The notes: a model not told the origin generated them from the sequence alone. A stretch of DNA of 63,675 nucleotides, filler included, from Octopus bimaculoides (GCF_001194135.2; 6 parts of 5 records of this genome joined end to end with filler, not necessarily neighbours in it), one strand, 5' to 3'; shown: positions 1 to 12,586, counted from the first letter of the whole stretch. A program made the numbers and translations.

Positions 1-36
<36 letters not shown>

Positions 37-63
37 GTATATATGTATGTATGTATATATATG

Positions 64-931
64 CAGGGTGTGATGAGTAAATTGTCGCCATTTTATATTT
101 TTAATTTTGCTCGTGCACATTATTTATTTTTGATTTTGTCAACAACACAGTATAGTAAGGTCAGTTGGGCACCGTCTGTGAGAAAAACAGCAGCATGATG
201 CAATTCACTCTGCCAGAAATTTGGAAACAACATGCTCTAGGTATGCACACCAGAAGCTCCAATATGGACAGATGGTGAACGCACAGAACAACCCTTGGCT
301 TGCCGTGTCTCCAAAACAAGCACCAAGAGTGATAAAAATGAAACATCCAGTCAACATCATAGTGTTGGAATGATCACTAGTGATGGCAACGTTATGCCTC
401 CATTCATCTTCCCACACAGCCTCACACTCAACATGGAGGCCTTCATGAAGTGCTTGAAGTGCTGCCTTGAGTCAAGAGGGTGGCTGCTGGAAGACCCTAT
501 ATCTAGCAACAAGACTCTTCACCATGCCACACAAGCAGGAGAACCCAGTCATGGCTGTCAGACAATTTCTGTGATCACACTACCCCTATCATCTGGCCAC
601 CTACCTCTCTAGATTGCAGCTGCCTTGATTACTATGTATGGAGCACAGTTGAGCAACAGACCAACAAAGTTCCTTGTAACACCAAAGATGAAATGAAGGC
701 AAGAATTATGGCAGCATTTACTAACTTGAACAAGGAGACAAGAGTCGCAGGAGTTTCCAATGTCGTCTGAAGGCTGTGGTTGAAGCCAATGGCGATTTTA
801 TTGAATAAATTTCCTCTTTAGTATTTCAAGATATTTTTATATAATTTTGGTAAATATATTTGTTAAAACGAGATGACAGGGTTATTTTCGTTTTTGCACA
901 ATTTAGATGACAATTTATCCACTACACCCTC
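64..931 (+). mobile_element. Tc1/mariner maT (DD37D) DNA transposon, internally deleted, non-autonomous
   Basis: Degenerate TIRs: CAGGGTGTGATGAGTAAATTGTC at 64 vs reverse complement GAGGGTGTAGTGGATAAATTGTC ending 931 (18/23), flanked by TG/TA. Frameshifted transposase remnant: ...KHPVNIIV..MITSDGNVMPPFIF...QQDSSPCHTSRRTQSWLSDNFCDHTTPIIWPPTSLDCSCLDYYVW...RLKAVVEANGDFIE* (stop 806-808). I count 37 residues between the second and third catalytic D. Confidence 0.92.
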
Positions 932-1100
932 TACATACATACATATATATATATATATATTTATTCATACATATGTATATATATGTATACATACATTCAT
1001 ATGTATACATACATACATACATACATATATATACATATAATATACTCTAATTTATTTAGAAAATCAAGAGTGGAGATATGTTCATATATTTGCACAATAT

Positions 1101-1263
1101 GACGGGCTTCTTTCAATTTCCGTCTACCAAATCCACTCACAAGGCCTTATTCGGCCCGAGGCTATAGTAGAAGACACTTGCCCAAGATGCCACGCAGTGG
1201 GACTGAACCCGGAACCATGTGGTTGGTAAGCAAGCTACTTACCACACAGCCACTCCTGCGCCT
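1101..1263 (-). mobile_element. tRNA-derived SINE family A, 5' half
   Basis: Minus strand reads ggcgcaggagtggctgtgtggtaag...ggttcagtccc (A-box/B-box-like). Near-identical to copies at 14.9-15.3 kb and 24.1-24.3 kb. Confidence 0.9.
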
Positions 1264-1588
1264 ATTGAATCTTCTTATCTTGTATTTCCAAGATGCTAAA
1301 AGCAACTTCTTAAATGTTCCTTATTTGTTAAAAATCTGCTTTGGTATTTAAATATTTATGATGTTTATTGATATTCATTTGTGTGAAATTGCTTTCAGAA
1401 TTGCATAAGTTGTTATTTCTATTAGCTTGACTATATTTCTTTCTATTACATATGTTTTTCCATTTTTTTTGTGTGTGTGTGTTTTGTTTTTGACTGCTTC
1501 TATTAAATAGTTTCTTGTAGCAGCTGTTGATCAAGAACTGTTAAGTATTTAAACCTAAGAAACTTTCAGCTACATTGGCGTTAATGTT

Positions 1589-2166
1589 TAACCACTTACT
1601 ATTCAGATTACTCTATCAAATATAAAAGAGTAAAAGGGTAAAGACCCCTACTTCAGTCATGAATGATCGTGGGATTGCACCTTGAAAGTTACTCTGTGAG
1701 GCATAAGTCTAGACAAGGCTGTTTATGGAAGACCAGCAGTGACCCAGTCTCTCCTTTCCACATCATTGATGTTATCCAAGGGAAAGGCAAAGGTCGATGC
1801 AGCTTGGTAGCAGTGATGTTGCAACTCTCTTCTATAACTGAGTGAACTGGAGCAACATGAAATAAAGTGTCTTGGTCAAGAACACAACACACAGCCCAGT
1901 CCGGGAATCAAAGTCACTACCTTATGTTTGTTAGCTCAACACTCTAACCACTGAACCATGCACCTTCTGTCAAACATAATGTTTGTTTATTTTGTTTTGT
2001 TTTGAATTAATCCTTATCTCATAGCTTTGCGATTTCAATGATGTGACTGATTAGTTTTAGAATGACATTATAGGATTGAGGTGAGAGGTTGGACCTGGCC
2101 AGTTTCAACATAAAGCAGGTTAAATATTTTGGCTGGATATGGCCAGTTTGAATACTCATGTGTTAT
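1589..2166. mobile_element. Degenerate MITE (TTAA-CC termini, piggyBac-like) split by a SINE insertion
   Basis: Left end ttaaccacttactattc; degenerate right end gaatactcatgtgtta. The body is interrupted at 1626-1965. Family identity is recalled from octopus repeats and not verified. Confidence 0.45.
1626..1965 (-). mobile_element. tRNA-derived SINE (head/body shared with the 32137 copy, different tail)
   Basis: Minus strand gaaggtgcatggttcagtggttagag...ttgattccc...caagacactttatttc. Flanked by a 14-bp TSD with two transitions (1612-1625 tctatcaaatataa; 1966-1979 tctgtcaaacataa). Confidence 0.85.
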
Positions 2167-2432
2167 GGATGAGAAGATCAAACTAGTTGATACTTTTAAC
2201 ATCATTTTTTTGTTGGCAGTCAGTAGATATTTAACTAATCTTTATGCTTACTTGCTGCTAGTACATTATTATAGTATAAGGCTGTTTCACTTCATAACCA
2301 GCTGGAGGAGGTATCCTCCTGGGGTTAAAATAGCAGTATCCTCGGTTCCTAGGGAACACCAATATTTAGGTAGCATTAACCAATATTTTTCAGTATAAAT
2401 ACTGCATTCACCTCTTATAGAGATTTTCCTAA

Positions 2433-2615
2433 CTAAATAGTTTGCTTGTTATCTGAGATTACTCTACTAATATTTTGCTTTAGATATCTGACAGCTATGG
2501 GCAGAGGACATGAATCTTTGTTGGTGTGTTTGAAATTTTTGTTTGCTTTCCTATATGGTTTACGATTATGTGTATTTTTGTTGAGTGTGAATTCTAAGAA
2601 ATCAACTGTGTTCAT
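2433..2615 (-). mobile_element. Penelope-like element RT C-terminal fragment
   Basis: VDFLEFTLNKNTHNRKPYRKAN...TNKDSCPLP...LKQNISRVISD resembles the PLE pattern V.FLD.TL...T....PYRKPN....I...S.HP......I..RIS. Confidence 0.75.
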
Positions 2616-2952
2616 ATTTTTATTTTAAAAGTGAAATTATTGAAAATGCTAATCTAGTCTTTTCTACTCTTTTTCTTTTTTTAAATTGTCTAGCTGTTGG
2701 AATGTTGTGGTAGGAATAACTGATCATCTCCATATAGCTTTATATCTGCTATGATAAAAAAACACAAAAAGCTATTCAAGATTTTAGATGCAAAAATATC
2801 TATTCTTATCTTTAGCAAACTAAATACTGTCATAACCATGAATGACAAAGAAATGATGTTTACAGTGAAATAGTCCGAAGTTTATACGAGGTGTTGTTGG
2901 ATCAGGTAGCCATCATTGTGTTTCTTGAAACTAGTTATGATGAGTTGCTGTC

Positions 2953-2966
2953 TTTGTCATCATTGC

Positions 2967-3014
<48 letters not shown>

Positions 3015-3017
3015 TGC

Positions 3018-3049
<32 letters not shown>

Positions 3050-3052
3050 CCA
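2953..3052. repeat. (CAT)n microsatellite
   Basis: Direct inspection; source of the poly-His ORF. Confidence 0.97.
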
Positions 3053-4057
3053 CTGTGGTTGTGATTCACAGTTTTGGTGTTATGACATCTCTAGGGTCTG
3101 CTTGCTGGTTCACTGCTACTGTCTGCTGTGTAGAGGCTAAAATGCACTGGATATATCTAATGGTGCTCTTGGTCAGAAAAATCATGAAATTGTTATTAGT
3201 TTCAATTCCACCAGAAGTCTTGAATGGTCAGATATTTAGATGACATTGATGATATTTGAGTGAATTGCGATCATGTTCTTAAATTTGTTTTTCTTTTGGC
3301 ATTAGATATTGCAATCCAGGTTTGATGTCTAAGTTTTGCAATAGATAAACATTCCTTCTACACATCTATATGTGTGAATTTATTCAGGTTGTTGAAGCTG
3401 ATAGGATCAGATACCAAGTATTCTCATACTGACAGCAAATGCATCGTTAGAGCTTACTTTTTTTTTTTACCTGGGTAAAATTTCTGTCAAAAAGAAATAT
3501 TTTCCTGTTATTCATAGCAGCTTCTAAGACATAGCGATTTAAGATACATATCCTAATAAATTCTACAACAATGGTAATAACTATTTCAATTGGTTGCATA
3601 AAATTGAAGAAATCAAGTCACTCTTCAAACACTTTCTTTTGTTGTCACATTTTTAACAACTGAATACAGCACAGCAATTTTCCATTAGCAGAGGTTAATG
3701 ACATTCCTACTTCTATCATTAACATTATCTCATATGTGTTTGCTAATTAATCCAATCACATTCTTAGTGCAGTTGACTAATCGGCTTTCTAGATTAGAGG
3801 TCAAATATTCAGGTTGTTCATGTAAGAAATCTAATAAGATTCTCACATTCATAGATAAATAAAAAAAAAAGTGTAAAAGAAAACGGCATACGATGAACTC
3901 TTAGACAATTAACTAGATTTGAGTCAATATGACTTCATAATATGAATAGGGATGCAAAAATTATAGAAACACAAACTGCACATGACAGCAAATTTACTTT
4001 TAGCATGATAACATTTGAAATTTAATACACACACACACAGAAACACAAACACATGTA

Positions 4058-4093
<36 letters not shown>

Positions 4094-5181
4094 NNNNNNN
4101 NNNNNNNNNNNNNNNNNNNNNNNNNNNNNNNNNNNNNNNNNNNNNNNNNNNNNNNNNNNNNNNNNNNNNNNNNNNNNNNNNNNNNNNNNNNNNNNNNNNN
4201 NNNNNNNNNNNNNNNNNNNNNNNNNNNNNNNNNNNNNNNNNNNNNNNNNNNNNNNNNNNNNNNNNNNNNNNNNNNNNNNNNNNNNNNNNNNNNNNNNNNN
4301 NNNNNNNNNNNNNNNNNNNNNNNNNNNNNNNNNNNNNNNNNNNNNNNNNNNNNNNNNNNNNNNNNNNNNNNNNNNNNNNNNNNNNNNNNNNNNNNNNNNN
4401 NNNNNNNNNNNNNNNNNNNNNNNNNNNNNNNNNNNNNNNNNNNNNNNNNNNNNNNNNNNNNNNNNNNNNNNNNNNNNNNNNNNNNNNNNNNNNNNNNNNN
4501 NNNNNNNNNNNNNNNNNNNNNNNNNNNNNNNNNNNNNNNNNNNNNNNNNNNNNNNNNNNNNNNNNNNNNNNNNNNNNNNNNNNNNNNNNNNNNNNNNNNN
4601 NNNNNNNNNNNNNNNNNNNNNNNNNNNNNNNNNNNNNNNNNNNNNNNNNNNNNNNNNNNNNNNNNNNNNNNNNNNNNNNNNNNNNNNNNNNNNNNNNNNN
4701 NNNNNNNNNNNNNNNNNNNNNNNNNNNNNNNNNNNNNNNNNNNNNNNNNNNNNNNNNNNNNNNNNNNNNNNNNTATATATATATATATATGTGTGTGTGT
4801 ATATATATATCATTATTAATCATAGGGTAGCAAAAGAAATTTTAGAAATTTAATTTACCACCAGTGGTAATTTTTGAGAAATTAAGCATGTAAACTAGAG
4901 TCAGGTTCTTTCCTTGGCTCGTGTTTACATGCTAATCCGGAACTCTGCTGACGAAAGCACCCGAGTTAGATATATTTTTATCTTGCTAAATAACTTGAAA
5001 CCATGGTACAGAGTATAGACTGGTAAAAACGTTTTTATTTTTCATTCTCTTTCGAAATTATCTCTATTTTCGTGGTATAGAGTTTTTGCTGCTCTTTCTA
5101 GCAGGTTAGATGTCCTATTATAGGCATCTCTATATTGTAAATGAATAATATGTATATATATATATATATAAGTTTTCTTTT

Positions 5182-5460
5182 CAGGTACATGACACTGCTT
5201 TTCCCCTTCCCAGGCTACAGGCCCACACCCCCAACACCCATACTGTTAGGATTGGCACTCTCAACATCGGCACGCTGAAAGGTAGATCTGGTGAAATTGT
5301 TGAGATGCTTGAACGGAGACGCGTAGATATGTGCTGCATCCAGGAAGTAAGATGGAGAGGAGGTTCTGCGAGGTTCCTCACAGGCAAAGAACACAGGTAC
5401 AAGATTTTCTGGGCAGGGAACACTGACGGGGTCGGGGGCGTAGGAATACTTCTAGCGGAG
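5182..5460 (+). mobile_element. RTE-clade LINE, APE endonuclease N-terminus, cut off by gap
   Basis: Open frame VRIGTLNIGTLKGRSGEIVEMLERRRVDMCCIQEVRWRGGSARFLTGKEHRYKIFWAGNTDGVGGVGILLAE carries the APE motifs (GTLN, IQEVRW, GVGILL). Confidence 0.92.
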
Positions 5461-5560
5461 NNNNNNNNNNNNNNNNNNNNNNNNNNNNNNNNNNNNNNNN
5501 NNNNTTAATTAATTAANNNNNNNNNNNNNNNNNNNNNNNNNNNNNNNNNNNNNNNNNNNN
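5461..5560. other. Assembly spacer N44-TTAATTAATTAA-N44
   Basis: Exactly 44 N + all-frame-stop 12-mer (5505-5516) + 44 N. Confidence 0.98.
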
Positions 5561-5689
5561 ATCATAGCCATGTGTTGAGAGGAATTCTTTGGGGTTTGGA
5601 TAATTCACCGCTGAAAACATGTCTGTCTCATTCAACATCCTTAAACAAACCGTATTTAGGGACCTTTTGAGTGGGATGGGCTACTCGGC

Positions 5690-5840
5690 GCCAGTGTTTT
5701 ACTGGTACTTAATTCATCGACGCTGAAAGGATGAAAGGCAAAGTCAACCTTGGCAAAATTTGAAGCCGTAATGTAAAGCCGGAAGAAATACCGCTAAGCA
5801 TTTTGTCCGGGGTGCTAACGGTTCTGCCAGCTCGCCGCCT
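5690..5840 (-). mobile_element. SINE family C (ggcggcgagctggcaga head)
   Basis: Reverse complement matches the plus-strand copy at 36963-37180, including the ctttgcctttcatcctttc..gtcgat..aagtacc core. Confidence 0.85.
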
Positions 5841-5849
5841 TAATAAATG

Positions 5850-6590
5850 GTATATATTACAATACCGACAACAGTAGCAACATATAGCATTAGCAACAAT
5901 GAGACCAACAACAACAACAACAACAGCAAATGCATTAAAAGTAGGGAAATAAAAGGAAACGTAGCAACAGCAACAACAACAACGGTAAACAGAACAAGAA
6001 GAAGAGCAACATTAACGGTATATAATACACGAACGCCCGCCGCAACAAAGGCACTTATTACAACAACCACAGCGAAGGCAGCCATTTATTACAAGTGCAA
6101 CAACAACAACACCAACAACAACGGCGATTATTTACAGTAAACACAATGAGAACAACTGCATGTGTTACAACAATCACAAACAACAACAGCAATTTTTATT
6201 ACAGCAACCACCACCACTACCACCACCAATACCACAACAACCAACAACGCATTTATTACAGCAGCACTACTACAAAAACAGCAGCGTGTATTATAACAAC
6301 AGCAACAGCAACAACAACAATAACTGCTACTACTACTACTACCACCACTACTATTACCAGTACTACTACTACCACCACCACTACTACTACCACTACTGCT
6401 ATTACTACAGCCACCGCCATTACTATTACTATTGCTGATATGGTGGCGTCTGATGCAACAAACAGAGCAGCTCCGGCAGCAAACATAAGTACAACAACAA
6501 CAGCAGTAATAACAACAACAACAACAAAACGAAATATAATAATTTTAACAACAACACCAACAAAAACAATAAATAGATCGTGCTATTTGA
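5850..6590. repeat. Low-complexity AAC/TAC/CAC trinucleotide mosaic
   Basis: Direct inspection; gives spurious Thr/Gln/Tyr-rich ORFs. Confidence 0.9.
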
Positions 6591-6918
6591 AACCTGTAAA
6601 AGTCAGTCTTAATTTCAGTTGTGATCGAAATTATATCGAGTAGGGTAATGTACAGTTACAACAAATGTATACATCAAAGAAACGGTGTGTATGGGCTTGC
6701 CTATAAAACACACACGCCTATGCACATATACACCCATGTTCACACAACTAAATATGCATTAATATATGTATATATATATTTGTGTTTATATAAATTTTTT
6801 TTGTTATAAACGTATAAGTGTATGTAAATATATGTATGGCTATCGATAGACATACAAATTCACAAATACATGTAGACAAACACACATATTCGCGCTCACA
6901 CACACGCATAAAAATACA

Positions 6919-7002
<84 letters not shown>

Positions 7003-7201
7003 AATATATNNNNNNNNNNGTGTGTATATATAAATATATATATATACCTATACCTACAAAACTTAAAGTTTAATATACATGTATATATGTACATATATAT
7101 ACATACACACATACACATATATATATATATATACGTATGTATATCTGGATATGTATACAATTATATATAGACATATACATGTGTATAAGTATGTATACAT
7201 G

Positions 7202-7347
<146 letters not shown>

Positions 7348-7794
7348 TATATATATATACGTACATATATATTTATATACATCACAATAAACACATATAC
7401 ACATATATTTATATACAAACAAATAGTTGTTTATAGTTATATATGGTGTCAGACGTGCTCTAAGGTTACTAATGTAATAAGGTTTTTCTCTATTCGCGTG
7501 ATATAAACTGTAAAATTCAAACATTAATGTAATAATGTTATATCCATATACATATATATGTATATATGTATATATATATATACATATATGTACGTATATT
7601 ATACAGATGTGTATATATGTATATATGTGTGTGTATAGTGTGATGTCAATTATTTTAGTGTAAACTACATAAATAGTCATCACATTAGTACATTAGCGAG
7701 TAAGCGCTTTTGAGGCAACATAATTGACTGCGTGTGGGAGGGTATGTCTCTGCTAGGATACCACACACACACACAATCACACACACGCACACAC

Positions 7795-7829
<35 letters not shown>

Positions 7830-8608
7830 NNNNNNNNNNNNNNNNNNNNNNNNNNNNNNNNNNNNNNNNNNNNNNNNNNNNNNNNNNNNNNNNNNNNNNN
7901 NNNNNNNNNNNNNNNNNNNNNNNNNNNNNNNNNNNNNNNNNNNNNNNNNNNNNNNNNNNNNNNNNNNNNNNNNNNNNNNNNNNNNNNNNNNNNNNNNNNN
8001 NNNNNNNNNNNNNNNNNNNNNNNNNNNNNNNNNNNNNNNNNNNNNNNNNNNNNNNNNNNNNNNNNNNNNNNNNNNNNNNNNNNNNNNNNNNNNNNNNNNN
8101 NNNNNNNNNNNNNNNNNNNNNNNNNNNNNNNNNNNNNNNNNNNNNNNNNNNNNNNNNNNNNNNNNNNNNNNNNNNNNNNNNNNNNNNNNNNNNNNNNNNN
8201 NNNNNNNNNNNNNNNNNNNNNNNNNNNNNNNNNNNNNNNNNNNNNNNNNNNNNNNNNNNNNNNNNNNNNNNNNNNNNNNNNNNNNNNNNNNNNNNNNNNN
8301 NNNNNNNNNNNNNNNNNNNNNNNNNNNNNNNNNNNNNNNNNNNNNNNNNNNNNNNNNNNNNNNNNNNNNNNNNNNNNNNNNNNNNNNNNNNNNNNNNNNN
8401 NNNNNNNNNNNNNNNNNNNNNNNNNNNNNNNNNNNNNNNNNNNNNNNNNNNNNNNNNNNNNNNNNNNNNNNNNNNNNNNNNNNNNNNNNNNNNNNNNNNN
8501 NNNNNNNNNNNNNNNNNNNNNNNNNNNNNNNNNNNNNNNNNNNNNNNNNNNNNNNNNNNNNNNNNNNNNNNNNNNNNNNNNNNNNNNNNNNNNNNNNNNN
8601 NNNNNNNN

Positions 8609-8639
<31 letters not shown>

Positions 8640-8888
8640 CATATATATATACAGTATAATACATATAAATATATATATCATACATATATACTATATATAT
8701 ACTATAATATATATATATACACATATATATACATACACAAAAAAAATACCTACACACACATAGCTAGATATATGTGTATAAAAATGTACTCACTAGCTCG
8801 TATGGAAGCATAGATTTATATACACCCCCACCCCATAGAGCAACATGATAATGTTTGTATGCTAAATAATAAAAATGAATGTGTACAT

Positions 8889-8921
<33 letters not shown>

Positions 8922-9034
8922 CATGTATATATACACACATGTTTCTATTAATTCATCTAGTCGTACAAGGAATTTATTTAATCGCTCGACTTATGAGGTC
9001 ATATATATATATATATATATACACTCACTGCATG

Positions 9035-9065
<31 letters not shown>

Positions 9066-10339
9066 NNNNNNNNNNNNNNNNNNNNNNNNNNNNNNNNNNN
9101 NNNNNNNNNNNNNNNNNNNNNNNNNNNNNNNNNNNNNNNNNNNNNNNNNNNNNNNNNNNNNNNNNNNNNNNNNNNNNNNNNNNNNNNNNNNNNNNNNNNN
9201 NNNNNNNNNNNNNNNNNNNNNNNNNNNNNNNNNNNNNNNNNNNNNNNNNNNNNNNNNNNNNNNNNNNNNNNNNNNNNNNNNNNNNNNNNNNNNNNNNNNN
9301 NNNNNNNNNNNNNNNNNNNNNNNNNNNNNNNNNNNNNNNNNNNNNNNNNNNNNNNNNNNNNNNNNNNNNNNNNNNNNNNNNNNNNNNNNNNNNNNNNNNN
9401 NNNNNNNNNNNNNNNNNNNNNNNNNNNNNNNNNNNNNNNNNNNNNNNNNNNNNNNNNNNNNNNNNNNNNNNNNNNNNNNNNNNNNNNNNNNNNNNNNNNN
9501 NNNNNNNNNNNNNNNNNNNNNNNNNNNNNNNNNNNNNNNNNNNNNNNNNNNNNNNNNNNNNNNNNNNNNNNNNNNNNNNNNNNNNNNNNNNNNNNNNNNN
9601 NNNNNNNNNNNNNNNNNNNNNNNNNNNNNNNNNNNNNNNNNNNNNNNNNNNNNNNNNNNNNNNNNNNNNNNNNNNNNNNNNNNNNNNNNNNNNNNNNNNN
9701 NNNNNNNNNNNNNNNNNNNNNNNNNNNNNNNNNNNNNNNNNNNNNNNNNNNNNNNNNNNNNNNNNNNNNNNNNNNNNNNNNNNNNNNNNNNNNNNNNNNN
9801 NNNNNNNNNNNNNNNNNNNNNNNNNNNNNNNNNNNNNNNNNNNNNNNNNNNNNNNNNNNNNNNNNNNNNNNNNNNNNNNNNNNNNNNNNNNNNNNNNNNN
9901 NNNNNNNNNNNNNNNNNNNNNNNNNNNNNNNNNNNNNNNNNNNNNNNNNNNNNNNNNNNNNNNNNNNNNNNNNNNNNNNNNNNCAAGGAATTTATTTAAT
10001 CGCTCGACTTATGAGGTCATATATATATATATATATATACATGTACATGTTCATTCGCATATGATAATTATAAAAAATAAATATATCGTTATTATATATA
10101 TCTTTATTATAACGAAAAAAATTGTTTTGTGCAAAGCAATTAACACAGAGCTCAATAGAGGTGAAAAAGAAAAAACAGGCTTATTTAATAAGACACTAAT
10201 ATGGAATTATTATTATAATGGACAGTCATGTGAAGATAGAAGCAAACTATATACTGAGATGTATATATAACACATTTTATATATACACCGGATATCTGCA
10301 TGTTTTGTGTAGCTGAAGAATGTATACAATAGACAACAT

Positions 10340-10480
10340 AGGAATGGTTGTGTGGGTAAGGAACATACTTTGTAGACCGGTGATGTGGTGTTCAGTCCCA
10401 CTGTAGGCACCTTACACTTGCGTCATCTGAAATACTCCCGGGCCGACCGTTGCTTGTGACTACATTTCAGAGATGGAAAC
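10340..10480 (+). mobile_element. Highly degenerate SINE family A head
   Basis: aggaatggttgtgtgg...gttcagtcccactg...gggccgacc...cttgtga...ggaaac aligns loosely with family A. Confidence 0.6.
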
Positions 10481-10503
10481 CTGTCACATACATACATACA
10501 TAC

Positions 10504-10616
<113 letters not shown>

Positions 10617-10860
10617 GAGAGAGAGAGACAGGCAGAATATTTATATATATACATACTTTTTTTCTGTGTCTATCTACGGCCTACGTCCTTCATAAATGTA
10701 TTCTTTGAGAAGCTGTGATGCAGCTCTCACCCTAATGTTAATTTCGTATGCTTTGCTCTACGTGACGATGCTTAACAGCCATTGAATCACATCACACATC
10801 GTCGCACACACGCCCTCATGTATCCAGGTACCCCACCCCATCTACATCATTTCTGAGTTG

Positions 10861-11227
10861 TTGGCACTCCGTCCCTTACGACGTCGAGGGTTCCAGTTGA
10901 TCCGATCAACGGAACAGCCTGCTCATGAAATTAACGTGCAAGTGGCTGAGCACTCCACAGACACGTGTACCCTTAACGTAGTTCTGAGGATATTCAGCGT
11001 GACACAGAGTGTGACAAGGCTGACCCTTTGAATTACAGGCACAACAGAAACAGGAAGTAAGAGTGAGAGAAAGTTGTGGTGGAAGAGTACAGCAGGGTTC
11101 GCCACCATCCCCTGCCGGAGCCTCGTGGAGCTTTAGCTGTATTCGCTCAATAAACACTCACAACGCCCGGTCTGGGAATCGAAACCGCGATCCTATGACC
11201 GCGAGCCCGCTGCCCTTATCAACCGCC
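10861..11227 (-). mobile_element. tRNA-derived SINE family B, near full length
   Basis: Minus strand agggcagcgggctcgcggtcataggatcgcggtttcgattccc (B-box) plus a tail shared with the copies at 12291 and 32137. Confidence 0.92.
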
Positions 11228-11229
11228 TC

Positions 11230-11800
11230 ATTCTCCAGTACTTTATACAAGAGGGTGAGGCATGAGAGACATCAACTCACATCGCATAGCAAACACACAC
11301 ACACACACACTCTACCTATCTTCCCTCTTATCATTGTTAGATATCTTCCCTAGGGAATCCGTTAATCAGATGTTATCCAGAGTGTTTTTCTCTTTTAATT
11401 TGTACTATGTAGCGATGCATGATAGACTCCAACTCACACACATGCAGGTCTTCATCCAATATGTGTGTTTATTCAGCTTCCGCCATTGTTGCTAAATGTC
11501 CCTTCTAGAAAACCCGGAACGCAACCATCATCGCATAGAATTCTTCTATACTTTAAACAAGATGGAGATGCACAAAAGACCCCCCCCCAACACATATCAC
11601 GTGACACTTCAAGCACACACATACACACACACACACACACACAGGCGTTCACATAATATATCTATTTACTCAGCTACCGCCATCGTTTTAGATGTCCGTT
11701 CTATACAACCGAGAACACAATTATTATAGCATATCATTCTTCTATACTTTAAACAAGGTGGAGATGCATGAGAGACCACAACTCACATCACGTGACATTA

Positions 11801-11886
<86 letters not shown>

Positions 11887-12027
11887 CCTTCCCCAATGTG
11901 TGTATTTACTCAGCTTCCGCCATCTTTGCTAAATGTCCGTTCTGTAACTCTCGTTACGCAAACATCATCGCATGGGTGACTATGCATGAGAGACACCTTC
12001 CCCCACTCACATTACGTGACATTACAG

Positions 12028-12060
<33 letters not shown>

Positions 12061-12285
12061 CACACACACAAACAGTCCCGTTTTCATTCAACACCATATC
12101 TCTCTCTGCTCTCCCCACGGTTTTTAAATATGGAACCCCGAGAAACCGAGGGACAGTCATCAATCAGATGAAAATTATTCTACACTTTACACAACGTGGC
12201 GATGCATGAACGCCTGTAACGCACATCACATAACATTACACAAGCACACACACGCACAAACAAACTGTCCCCTTTTCATTCATGC
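11230..12285 (+). repeat. Degenerate tandem array, ~190-240-bp unit with embedded (CA)n
   Basis: Recurring blocks ttcttctatactttaaacaag, atgcatgagagac, tcacgtgacattaca and tatttactcagcttccgccat. CCGCCAT at 11480, 11677 and 11917; CACGTG at 11598 and 11789. Confidence 0.85.
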
Positions 12286-12290
12286 GCCGT

Positions 12291-12586
12291 GGAGGCGCAA
12301 TGGCCCAGTGGTTAGGGCAGCGGACTCGCGGTCGTAGGATCACGGTTTCGATTCCCAGACCGGGCGTTGTGAGTGTTTATTGAGCGAGAAACACCTGAAA
12401 GCCCCACGAGGCTCCGGCAGGGGATGGTGGCGAGATCTGCTGTACTCTTTCACCACAACTTTCTCTCACTCTTACTTCCTGTTTCTGTTGTGCCTGTAAT
12501 TCAAAGGGTCAGCCTTGTCACACTGTGTCACGCTGAATATCCCCCGAGAACTACGTTAAGGGTACACGTGTCTGTGGAGTCCTCAG
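12291..12586 (+). mobile_element. tRNA-derived SINE family B, 3' end replaced by fold-back
   Basis: ggaggcgcaatggcccagtggttagggcagcggactcgcggtcgtaggatcacggtttcgattccc head, followed by the family B body. Confidence 0.92.

Noticed and set aside
3060-3460. Non-repetitive stretch as exon or LINE remnant
   Set aside because: All frames I checked are interrupted by stops and I recognised no motif.
5840-6643. Thr/Gln/Tyr-rich ORFs resembling mucins or polyQ proteins
   Set aside because: All frames on both strands are similarly open because of trinucleotide repeats, and there are no clear splice boundaries.
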